Source: Eledone cirrhosa (taxonomy: Eukaryota). Taken from it: a stretch of DNA of 64,000 nucleotides. The stretch covers positions 21,948,001 through 22,012,000 of the forward strand of contig OZ024765.1 of NCBI GenBank assembly GCA_964016885.1, read 5' to 3'. Both the position numbers and the translations under genes were made by a program. Positions within the stretch are counted from its first letter, which is position 1. The number at the start of each line of letters is the position of its first letter. Below, one piece after another: positions 52,826-64,000 of the stretch. The notes below the pieces were generated by a model. The model was not told where the DNA came from. It saw only the letters and a list, made by a program, of their open reading frames with translations, and searched no databases.

Positions 52826-53022
52826 AAAAAAGAGTCAGGACCCCAACGGCTGAGCTCTGGCTGTTTTGACAGCTAGATTTGATCTATTCAGATCTAGCTG
52901 TCGAAACAGCCGGAGCTCAGCTGTCGGGGTCCTGACTCTTTTCCTATTACCCACTCTACATCCCTAAGTATTGAGTACTCTGGTGCGTTATGGTCCACCT
53001 GGTTTCTTACTACACTTCCTTT
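52826..53022. mobile_element. Fold-back element (family of 2989-3196)
   Basis: agagtcaggacccc...ggggtcctgactct hairpin plus tail cctattacccactctac...ggtccacctggtt. Confidence 0.75.
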
Positions 53023-53062
53023 GTATCTATCTATCTATGTGTCTATCTATCTCTATCTCTAC

Positions 53063-54138
53063 GTATTCCTCACCGGACAACCAGTGTGGGCCCCGTTCGT
53101 GAGGCGAGACTTCCCACGACTCGTCTCGCTGACTGAGCTGCAGTCCTGGGTCAAGCAAAGACCGAGGAAAATGGGCGACTGGCACATCGAATGTGCTCAG
53201 GCGCTCACAGCCCTCTGGCAGGCGGACCCGGTGATCAGTGGAGACTCCACTTCGTCATTCTATAGCGGGTTGATCCGCAGCAAGTGCGATGACGCGCTCG
53301 GTGAAACTCTAGGCATAGAGGAAGACGAACTGGCCAGTCTGTTCGGTAGGACCTTCTGCCCGGGACTGATGGACAACTTCCAAAAGTCCCTGGCCTGGCA
53401 GTGCTACCGAGGAGCTCTACCAGTTCGAGACAAGCTCTACAGACATGGGCGCCCGGGCAGGGACCCTGCAAAAAAGATCTGTCCGAGGTGCGTGCGAGAC
53501 GAAGAAACCGTCGCGCACGCATTCATACACTGCCCGGGCGTCGCCGACCTGTGGGGCTATGTAGAACGACTATTGTCGCGGGTGGGACTAATCCGGTTGA
53601 CCACTGAGTCCATTGTCATGATCAAACCGCCATCCTCCTTCAAAAACGAAGGAGAGGCGGTTTTCCTTTATGTGATAGCTATGGCGAAAGAGGTTGTATG
53701 GTGTACAAGGTTGAAAGGGCTGAGGTCAGACACCTTTCCCTCCGGCCAACAACTGATTCTTTTTTTCAAATACCACTTTGGAAGAAGAATCAGGATGGAG
53801 AGAGAGGTGCTGTACCAAAGGAAGTTTTATGAAAGGTGGGTGAAAGTGGCGAGAATGGCCCGAGTGAATGGGCCTTCTCTCTATATCAGCCTGTAGGTTG
53901 AGGAAAAGGAGGATGAGAGGAAAGGGGTACAAACTCTTTGTACTCCTGGAGATGAGGGTTGCACATTTTTTCGGGGGTATGTATTACCCATATGTAATGT
54001 CTCCCTCCCCCTATTGGGGAAAATTGACTAATTATTAAATTGCATTTGTGATAGTATTTTACACGTTTTTATTGTATGTAAACTTCCCCCTTTGTATTTG
54101 TCTCCTTCTTTTGTGCCCCTGTGGCTAATAAAGAAACA
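53063..54138 (+). mobile_element. 5'-truncated, diverged copy of the same Tx1/L1-group LINE
   Basis: ORF 53021..53896 parallels the ORF2 C-terminus (GQPVWAPFVRR...VNGPSLYI); AATAAA at 54127; flanked by (TATC)n. Confidence 0.92.
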
Positions 54139-54155
54139 TATCTATCTGTCTATCT

Positions 54156-54326
54156 AAGGAAAAGAGTCAGGACCCCAATGATTCAATCTATTCAGATCTA
54201 GCTGTCGAAACAGCCGGAGCTCAGCCGTCGGGGTCTTGACTCTTTTCCTATTACCCACTCTACATCGCTAAGTATTGAGTACTCTGGTGCGTTATAGTCC
54301 ACCTGGTTCCTTACTACACTTCCTTT
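54156..54326. mobile_element. Fold-back element with partly deleted left arm
   Basis: Nearly identical to 52826-53022 over the right arm and tail. Confidence 0.75.
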
Positions 54327-54382
54327 GTATCTATCTATCTATCTAACTGTCTGTCTGTCTGACTCTCTCTCTCTCTCTCCCC

Positions 54383-54414
<32 letters not shown>

Positions 54415-54715
54415 CATATATAAAACTGTTATTTTTCCCTGGGTAATATGTAAAATTATCTGAGAGTTCTCTATCGATCTATTAATGTATTTTTAAAGAA
54501 TGATTGGAAGAAAATACTTAATGATGTCTGCAATTAGTAAAATACATTTATTTTTAATTAATATCAGTTTCAGATTTATGTCCCTTGCCTTTCTTGACCA
54601 GAATTATCTACTAATATAATGATTGTTTCTCCTTATTACGGAAGTAGTTTCGTTTAATCATAATGTCTGTTGTGTTTCATCTAAAGACAATCTCTGTATT
54701 TATTGTTCTGTCCAG

Positions 54716-55497
54716 ATTGGTGAAACAACCGGCCAAAGGTGACCACTGTCCACTCTACGATGGTTTATTACTGGCATTTGAACAAGATAATTACTGTGAC
54801 TTTGAAGTACAATTTGAAGTGACCCACAACTTTGTTCACGCTTGGATTGGTGGAAAAGAAACTTACTCAATGTCGTCCCTACACTACACATCTTTTGACC
54901 CCCTTTTCTGGATACATCACTCTCAGGTAGACAGGTTATGGGCAATATGGCAAGCTCTCCAAATACACAGAGGAAAACCTTATAAAGCATATTGTGCCAA
55001 CTCCGAGATACACAGACCTCTCAAACCATTCGCTTTCGAATCTCCTTACAACAATAACGAACACACGAGAGCTCATGCCATTCCAACAGATGTTTATGAC
55101 TACGAAGCGAAGCTTGGCTATACTTTTGATAGTTTGTCATTTGGAGGTATGTCAGTGAGAGAATTACAGAAACACATCGAACATAAGATGTCCCTAGACC
55201 GAGTCTTTGCTGGATTCCTCTTGGAAGGTATTAAAACATCAGCAAATGTCGATTTATATATCGTGGCTGGAGAGAATGAATATTTAGCTGCCACTATTTC
55301 TATTCTGGGTGGCAGTAAAGAAATGAAGTGGAGATTTGATAGATTATATAAACAAGAAATCACAGATTCACTGAAGGCTTTGGGAGTTGATCCATTTGGT
55401 GATTATTCTCTTCGTGTTGATATCAAAGACGTCAATGGTACAGTTCTACCAGCTACCATTATTTCACAACCAATTGTCATCTACGAACCAGGCAAAA
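54716..55497 (+). CDS. Hc: Hemocyanin FU-b exon 2
   Basis: tccag acceptor (AG+A = Arg restores the frame); EVTHNFVH and DPLFWIHHSQVDR; phase-1 donor GTAAGG at 55498. Confidence 0.96.
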
Positions 55498-55577
55498 GTA
55501 AGGAGACATTCTTTCTTAATTTTCTTCATTAACAAAATCTCTTTTTAAAGGTTTATTTTTTTTAATTACAGTTTTAT

Positions 55578-56387
55578 AAATAACATTAGAAATATGTAAA
55601 TAACATTAGCAATATGTAAATAACATTAGAAATATGTAAATAACATTAGAAATATGTAAATAACATTAGCAATATGTAAATAACATTAGAAATATGTAAA
55701 TAACATTAGAAATATGTAAATAACATTAGCAATATGTAAATAACATTAGAAATATGTAAATAACATTAGCAATATGTAAATAACATTAGAAATATGTAAA
55801 TAACATTAGCAATATGTAAATAACATTAGAAATATGTAAATAACATTAGAAATATGTAAATAACATTAGCAATATGTAAATAACATTAGAAATATGTAAA
55901 TAACATTAGCAATATGTAAATAACATTAGCAATATGTAAATAACATTAGCAATATGTAAATAACATTAGAAATATGTAAATAACATTAGCAATATGTAAA
56001 TAACATTAGCAATATGTAAATAACATTAGCAATATGTAAATAACATTAGAAATATGTAAATAACATTAGCAATATGTAAATAACATTAGCAATATGTAAA
56101 TAACATTAGAAATATGTAAATAACATTAGCAATATGTAAATAACATTAGCAATATGTAAATAACATTAGAAATATGTAAATAACATTAGAAATATGTAAA
56201 TAACATTAGAAATATGTAAATAACATTAGAAATATGTAAATAACATTAGAAATATGTAAATAACATTAGAAATATGTAAATAACATTAGAAATATGTAAA
56301 TAACATTAGCAATATGTAAATAACATTAGCAATATGTAAATAACATTAGCAATATGTAAATAACATTAGAAATATGTAAATAACATA
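55578..56387. repeat. 20-bp minisatellite, ~40 units
   Basis: taacattag(a/c)aatatgtaaa. Confidence 0.97.
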
Positions 56388-56792
56388 AATTGCTCACAAT
56401 TCATTCTGAAGCACATTACAAATATAAATATATAACAGAGAGATAAAAAACAAACAAAGAAGCCCCGCAAGGTGGGGGTGGCCATTGCAGTGGGTGATGC
56501 TGGCCATTGTCCCTAGAAATACTTTTGCAGTTTTGTCTGCGGTGCAGTTGAAACACGGCCCCAACCTAGGTGTGGAGTCTGTCACTCTCTCCTCTTCCCC
56601 CTCTCTTTCTTCTGTGACCTAATAGTCCTTTCTCTTACCTCCTTTTCCTCTCATTTATGGTATTTATAGTTCTTTCCTTTACTTTCCAATACACACAGAT
56701 CTGCCCTTCTTTACCCCTTCCCCATTTTGTTTCACTATTTATATAATTAATTATGGAAAAACTTAATAAATTATTTCTTTTAATTATTTCAG

Positions 56793-58034
56793 AAGAAGCA
56801 GTCGTTGAATTTGACGAAAGTTTCCGTACAAGAAAAGATGTGTCAACCCTGACCCAACACGAGATGATAACACTGAGGAAAGCTCTAGAAAACTACGAAG
56901 CTGATAAAACAGAAAATGGTTACCAACAAGTAGCTGCCTTTCATGGATCAACTAAATGGTGTCCAAGTCCTGATGCTGAACATAAATATGCCTGCTGTCA
57001 CCATGGAATGGCCACATTCCCACACTGGCATAGATTGCTTACTTTGAACTTTGAAAATGGTTTAAGACGAAACGGTTACGAAGGAGGAATTCCTTACTGG
57101 GATTGGGTACACCCTATCACTTCCCTTCCAGTTCTTGTAGCAGAAGAACAATATAGCGATGAGAAGGGAGAAAGTCATACAAACCCCTTCTTCAGTGGTT
57201 CTATCGATCATATAGGAAAATCTACATCTCGTGCTCCTTCAGCTGAACTGTTCGTACAACCAAAATTTGGTGAATTCACTCCTTTGGCAAACGAAGTTAT
57301 TTATGCTCTTGAACAGGAAGATTTTTGTTCTTTCGAAGTGCAGTTTGAAATTGCACATAACCATATCCATGCATTAGTTGGAGGTACTGAGCCTTATTCA
57401 ATGTCTTCCCTCGAGTTTACTGCATACGACCCTATTTTCTTACTTCACCATTCTAACGTTGATAGAATCTGGGCCATCTGGCAAGCTTTACAGAAACATC
57501 GAGGTAACACATACAACTCTGCTAATTGTGCTATTGAAATTCTTCGTCAACCAATGTCACCTTTCAGTTTATCCAGCGACATCAATGTCGACGCACAAAG
57601 CCGGGAATATTCCGTTCCTTTCGATTCGTTCGACTACATGAAAAACTTCCACTACGAATACGACACACTTAGTGTAAACGGAATGTCCATTTCACAATTA
57701 CACGCAGAGATTAACAGACGTCGAGCTAGGGATCGTGTTTTTGTCACTTTCTTACTTGAGGGTCACAAGCAGTCTCTTCTTGTTGAATATTACATCCGAT
57801 TACATGGAAGTACTGACCAACATAAGGCTGGGGAATTCTATGTATTGGGCAGCGAGAATGAAATGCCATGGAAGTTTGACAGAGTTTACAAGGCCGACAT
57901 TACAAAACAAATGGAAGGACTCCACCTACATTACAATGATCTTTATCACATTGAATATACACTGAAAGACATGAATGGTGCTGAAGTAACCAGTCTTGGT
58001 TTAGAACCAGCAGTTATTTATGAACCAGGATTAG
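56793..58034 (+). CDS. Hc: Hemocyanin FU-c exon
   Basis: FHGSTKWCPSPDAEHKYACCHHGMATFPHWHR, EIAHNHIH and LLHHSNVDR; tttcag acceptor and GTAAGT donor, phase 1. Confidence 0.96.
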
Positions 58035-58589
58035 GTAAGTTAAAACTTAGGTTACATATATATTTCTTCTTCTTTATCCTGTAACACTTGAGGCAGTTGT
58101 AGAGGTGCCATATTGATATACAGCATCTCTAGGACAGTTTTAAGTCTGCCACATGCTTCCGCTTAAAAATAATGATTTCATTTATTGGCCACAAGCGCCA
58201 TTTCTGCTTAAAATTAATAATAATAATATCTAAATTAAACAAAAAATGTAGCAAAAGAAATAATTTTAAAGTTAGCTGGAAATTATACGAAATTTCTGCT
58301 TTGAATAATTAAGTCCTGAATATCAAATATGTATGTCTGGTCCCTTAACTTTCTCTTGGGGAGTTTTAGGAGTTTAGCATATTGACATACAGAGTTTCTA
58401 GGACATTTTAAAAACCTAGGGGAGTCCATCTCTTCTTCTGAAGTTAGATTGGAGATGTTTTTCCACAAATATAATTATTAAATCAAGTTTGATCAAAAGA
58501 TATTTCATTTGTTTTCATGTCTTTGTAATGTTCTAGACTGAAATATTTGATTAAATACGATCTTTTCTTCTCTTTCTTTCTACCTGCAG

Positions 58590-59840
58590 GTCGATATGGT
58601 GAAGATCGCGACTGGATTGAACCTGTAACAAGTGCCAATAGAATCAGGAAGAATCTAGACAATTTGAAAGGAGGTGAAATAGAATCTCTGAGGAATGCTT
58701 TCAAACACATCAAACTTGATGGAAAATATGAAGAAATAGCGGCTTTCCATGGACTTCCAGCTAAATGTCCCAATGAAGATGGTAGTAAAGTATATACATG
58801 TTGTTTACATGGTATGCCTAACTTTCTTCACTGGCATCGTATGTATGTTGTGTCTGTTGAACACGAACTTCTGGCGAGAGGTTCATCTGTTGCCATACCA
58901 TACTGGAATTGGTTAAAACCTTTTGATGAACTGCCGAAACTTGTAAGTGAAGCTACCTTCTATAATTCCCGTACTCTTCATATTGAACAAAATCCTTTCT
59001 TCAATGGAAAGATATCGTTTGAAAACACAATAACTGATCGTGATCCTCAACCAGATCTCTATGGAAACAGTTATTTATATGAACATGCCTTGTTTGCCTT
59101 GGAACAGACAGATTTCTGTGAATTTTCCACTCATTTGGAAGTTCTTCATAACAGTGTCCACTCTTGGTTAGGAGGTCGTGACCCTCATTCAATGTCATCA
59201 CTTGATTATGCTGCCTATGACCCAATATTCTTCCTCCATCATGCCAACATTGACCGTCTTTGGGCTATTTGGCAGGAATTACAGCGTTACCGTAAATTAT
59301 CCTATAATAGCGCCAACTGTGCTCTTGGACTGCTCAACAAACCAATGCGTCCTTTCAGCAACAAAACAGCAAACAGCAATCATTTAACCCTCACTCACAG
59401 CAGACCAAATGATGTGTTTGATTACCAGAACATCTTCCATTACAAATACGACACACTTGAATTCAATGGTCTCACAGTTATTCAGTTGGAAAACCTTTTA
59501 CATCATCAAAGACAACAGCATGACCGTGTTTTTGCTGGCTTCTTGTTACACGGAATAAAAGCTTCTGCCGATGTTAGAATTTATATTTGTGCTCCGACTG
59601 GTGTCAATCTAGAAAACTGTGCCAACTATGCCGGAGTGTTCTCCGTCTTAGGTGGAGAATCAGAAATGCCATGGAGATTCAAAAACCTCTTCCGTTATGA
59701 GATAACTGATGCTCTCACCAAATTAGGACTTAACCATAACAGTCACTTCCGTATTTCAACTGAAGTTAGAGCCGTTAATGGATCAAAGATAGAAAAGAAG
59801 ATATTCCCAGATCCAACCATTATATTTGTTCCAAAACATG
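58590..59840 (+). CDS. Hc: Hemocyanin FU-d exon
   Basis: EPVTSANRIRKNL, CCLHGMPNFLHWHR, EVLHNSVH and FLHHANIDR; ctgcag acceptor and GTAAGA donor, phase 1. Confidence 0.96.
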
Positions 59841-59956
59841 GTAAGATAATCTTTTTTTCTTTGAGAAACACAACAATATTTTCACATTCTCAGCCACCTT
59901 GCTCTGGGTGTCTACCCCTGGGTCACCTGCCAGTTGGTTTTGCCTGAAAAATCTGT

Positions 59957-60670
59957 CCAGAGATTCTTTCCTCAGACATTCTAACCACAGGTCTGTAGTA
60001 TCAGAGCTGTGATTTCTCAATCCAGAGATTCTTTCCTGAGACATTCTAACCACATGTCTGTAGTATCAGAGCTGTGATCTCTCAATTCAGAGTATCTTTC
60101 TTGAGACATTCTAACCACATGTCTGTAGTATCAGAGCTGTGATCTCTCAATCCAGAGATTCTTTCCTGAGACATTCTAACCACATGTCTGTAGTATCAGA
60201 GCTGTGATCTCTCAATTCAGAGTTTCTTTCCTCAGACATTCTAACCACATGTCTGTAGTATCAGAGCTGTGATCTCTCAATCCAGAGATTCTTTCCTGAG
60301 ACATTCTAACCACATGTCTGTAGTATCAGAGCTGTGATCTCTCAATTCAGAGTTTCTTTCCTGAGACATTCTAACCACATGTCTGTAGTATCAGAGCTGT
60401 GATTTCTCAATCCAGAGATTCTTTCCTGAGACATTCTAACCACATGTCTGTAGTATCAGAGCTGTGATCTCTCAATTCAGAGATTCTTTCCTGAGACATT
60501 CTAACCACATGTCTGTAGTATCAGAGCTGTGGTCTCTCAATTCAGAGATTCTTTCCTCAGACATTCTAACCACATGTCTGTAGTATCAGAGCTGTGGTCT
60601 CTCAATTCAGAGATTCTTTCCTGAGACATTCTAACCACATGTCTGTACTATCAGAGCTGTGATCTCTCAA
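59957..60670. repeat. 65-bp minisatellite, ~11 units
   Basis: t(c/t)cagagattctttcctgagacattctaaccacatgtctgtagtatcagagctgtgatctctcaa. Confidence 0.96.
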
Positions 60671-60755
60671 AAATGATTATTTTTTCCTTGTCTTTTAATA
60701 AAATATATTCTACATTGTCAGGATTATATTGAAGTTTGTTCTCCTTAATTTTCAG

Positions 60756-61777
60756 ACGACCACACCGAGAGCAGTGAGGGGGAAGTAGTAAGAGTAAACC
60801 TTGTACGAAAGAACATTGAACGTTTATCCCTGGATGAGATTGATTCTCTTATGCACGCTTTTAAACGTATGCAAAAGGACCATTCTTCAGACGGTTTCGA
60901 AAATATAGCAACTTTCCACGCTCTACCACCCATGTGTCCTAATCCAACAGCTAAACATCGCCATGCCTGTTGCCTTCATGGCATGGCTACTTTCCCTCAA
61001 TGGCATCGTCTGTATGTTGTACAGTTTGAACAAGCTTTACAAAGACACGGAGCTAAAGTCGGTGTACCCTATTGGGACTGGACTTATCCAATGACAGAAA
61101 TCCCTAGCTTCCTCTCCTTAGAGAAATACGTCAACCCATATACAGGTGTTGAGATGTTTAACCCCTTTAACCACGGTCACATATCATACATCAGTGAAGA
61201 AACTATGACCAGCCGAGATATCAGTGAACATATATTTGAAAAACCAGAACTGGGAAAACAAACTTGGTTGTTTAATAACATCATTTTAGCTTTAGAACAA
61301 ACCGATTATTGTGATTTCGAAATTCAGTTTGAAATTGTTCATAATGCTATCCATTCATGGGTTGGTGGCAAGGAATTGTACTCCCTAAATCACCTCCACT
61401 TTGCTGCATATGACCCAGCTTTCTACATACATCACGCCAATGTTGACAGGTTGTGGGTTATATGGCAGGAACTTCAGAAGTTAAGAGGTCTTCCAGCTTA
61501 TGAATCCAACTGTGCTATTGAGTTAATGTCGAAACCTTTGAAACCTTTCTCATTCGGTCCTCCTTACAATTTGAACCCCAATACCTACAAATACTCAACA
61601 CCATCTGATGTGTTCAAGTACAAAGAACATTTCCATTATGAATATGACATGTTAGAAATGAACGGAATGTCCATTGCTCAACTGGAAAATTATATTAGAC
61701 AAGAGAAACAGAGAGACCGATTGTTTGCTGGTTTCTTATTGAAAGGAATTGGTCAATCAGCTTATGTTACATTCCAG
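60756..61777 (+). CDS. Hc: Hemocyanin FU-e exon 1
   Basis: ttcag acceptor; FHALPPMCP, CCLHGMATFPQWHR, EIVHNAIH and YIHHANVDR; phase-0 donor CAG|GTGAGT at 61778. Confidence 0.96.
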
Positions 61778-62089
61778 GTGAGTTGATATTGTCTTTACAC
61801 ACCTGTATAGTACCTGTACATCACATTAACTGATAGTGAAATACAGTTTTACGACCACCACACACACTATGCTAACACACACTAACTCTAACACATACAC
61901 ACACACATACACTAACACACACACTCACTAATAGTAACACATACACACGCACACAGACACTCTAGCAGAAAGACATACACTCACTCTAAAACACTCACAC
62001 TCTAACACACTATGTCATATATATACACACACTTTAGTACATACACTCTAACCCACACACTAAAACACACTATAAGATATCCATACATC

Positions 62090-63370
62090 CTAACACACAC
62101 ACTCTAACACACACTCTAACACACTCGAAGCCTCCCACACACTCTAACACACACACTAACACACCAAAAGACCCCCCACACACTCTAACACACACAATAA
62201 CACACTCGAAGCCCCCCACACACACTAACACACACACTAACACACCAAAAGACCCCCCCACACACTCTAACACACACAATAACACACTCGAAGCCCCCCA
62301 CACACGCTAACACACACAATAACACACCAAAAGACCCCCCACACACTCTAACACACACAATAACACACTCGAAGCCCCCCACACACACTAACACACACAC
62401 TAACACACCAAAAGACCCCCCACACAGTCTAACACACACAATAACACACTCGAAGCCCCCCACACACACTAACACACCAAAAGACCCCCCCACACACTCT
62501 AACACACACAATAACACACTCGAAGCCCCCCACACACTCTAACACACACACTAACACACCAAAAGACCCCCCACACACTCTAACACACACAATAACACAC
62601 CCGAAGCCCCCCACACACTCTAACACACACACTAACACACCAAAAGACCCCCCACACACTCTAACACACACAATAACACACTCGAAGCCCCCCCCCCCTC
62701 CCCCCACACACACTCTAACACACACAATAACACACCAAAAGACCCCGCACACACTCTAACACACACAATAACACACTCGAAGCCCCCCACACACACTAAC
62801 ACACACACTAACACACCAAAAGACCCCCCACACACTCTAACACACACAATAACACACTCGAAGCCCCCCACACACACTAACACACAATAACACACTCAAA
62901 GCCCCCCCCCCCACACACACTCTAACACACACAATAACACACTCGAAGCCCCCCCCCCACACTCTAACACACACACTAACACACCAAAAGACCCCCCACA
63001 CACGCTAACACACACACTAACACACTCGAAGCCCCCCCCACACACTCTAACACACACAATAACACACCAAAAGACCCCGCACACACTCTAACACACACAA
63101 TAACACACTCGAAGCCCCCCACACACACTAACACACACAATAACACACCAAAAGACCCCGCACACACTCTAACACAGACAATAACACACTCGAAGCCCCC
63201 CCCCCACACACACACACACTCTAACACACACAATAACACACCAAAAGACCCCGCACACACTCTAACACACACAATAACACACTCGAAGCCCCCCCCCACA
63301 CACTCTAACACACACAATAACACACTCGAAGCCCACACACTCTAACATACACAATAACACACCAAAAAAA
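62090..63370. repeat. CA-rich minisatellite of alternating ~40-bp subunits in the FU-e internal intron
   Basis: Alternating ...aacacactcgaagccccc and ...aacacaccaaaagaccccc subunits. Confidence 0.9.
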
Positions 63371-63480
63371 ACCCACACTCTAATGACAAAGTACAGGTTT
63401 AAAAATATATTTCTGCTGCCATTTCTTCAATTCTTCACCATTTTGTTTCAATTTAAGTGAACCAAGTGAATCTGTTTCAG

Positions 63481-63721
63481 GTTTGTGATGATAAGAATAC
63501 ATGTCATGACGGCAGCCATTTTGCTGTTTTGGGAGGAAGTGCTGAAATGCCGTGGGCTTTTGACCGTCTTTATCTCATGGATATCACTGATGTTCTTCAC
63601 GATATGAAGCTGAAATTTGATTCTCATTTCCACATCCTTCACCATATTGAGACAACCAATGGAACTGAGTTACCATCACACCTAATTCCTGATTCAACTA
63701 TTATTCATATTCCGGCAATAA
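63481..63721 (+). CDS. Hc: Hemocyanin FU-e exon 2
   Basis: gtttcag acceptor; VCDDKNTCHDGSHFAVLGGSAEMPWAFDRLY; phase-1 donor A|GTAAGT at 63722. Confidence 0.95.
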
Positions 63722-63870
63722 GTAAGTTGTCTGTCTTTAACCCATTTAAAGCGGTTGTATCCAGCCAGAAATCTCTCACCTCTTTCTGTTCAAACTGGTC
63801 ATAACCAGCTGCTTATACCAAAATTAAGGTATTATTCTCAAAATAAATAATATCAAAATCTCATAGATTC

Positions 63871-64000
63871 GATATTATGTGAGATATTATGTAAAGTAAA
63901 GACTTTACTGTGAAAATACAATAGTATATATAGAGTAATGTAAATGTTATGTGAGATATTATGTAAAGTAAAGACTTTACTGTGAAAATACAATAGTATA
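63871..64000 (+). repeat. 72-bp minisatellite recurring in the linker intron after FU-e (runs off the edge)
   Basis: gagatattatgtaaagtaaagactttactgtgaaaatacaatagtatatatagagtaatgtaaatgttatgt, a variant of the 45040-46277 unit. Confidence 0.93.

Overview
Eukaryotic, repeat-rich DNA containing a molluscan hemocyanin locus, most likely from an octopod cephalopod. The functional units (FUs) run a-b-c-d-e with no FU-d duplication, linker introns are phase 1, and FU-b and FU-e each have one internal intron, as described for Octopus. Two hemocyanin genes sit head-to-head. The + gene has a TATA box at 17428, signal-peptide mini-exons at 17511-17911 and FU-a to FU-e exons at 43756-63721, and it continues past the right edge. 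The - gene has a TATA box at 5742-5735, mini-exons at 5659-5259 and FU-a at 1865-633, and FU-b begins at base 5. Their FU-a exons are almost identical, but the intron before FU-a is 3.4 kb in one gene and 25.8 kb in the other, mostly because a ~60-bp satellite is present as ~350 units in one and ~1.5 units in the other. Between the two promoters lies a 6.1-kb array of 36-bp units copied from the A-box head of an adjacent tRNA-derived SINE. Other features include a duplicated, possibly alternative signal-peptide exon, a near-intact Tx1/L1-type LINE in a (TATC)n tract, a minimal hammerhead ribozyme motif, fold-back elements, RTE fragments, SINEs, hAT-like MITEs and intron-specific minisatellites. 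Coordinates and copy numbers were read by eye, so repeat boundaries are approximate.
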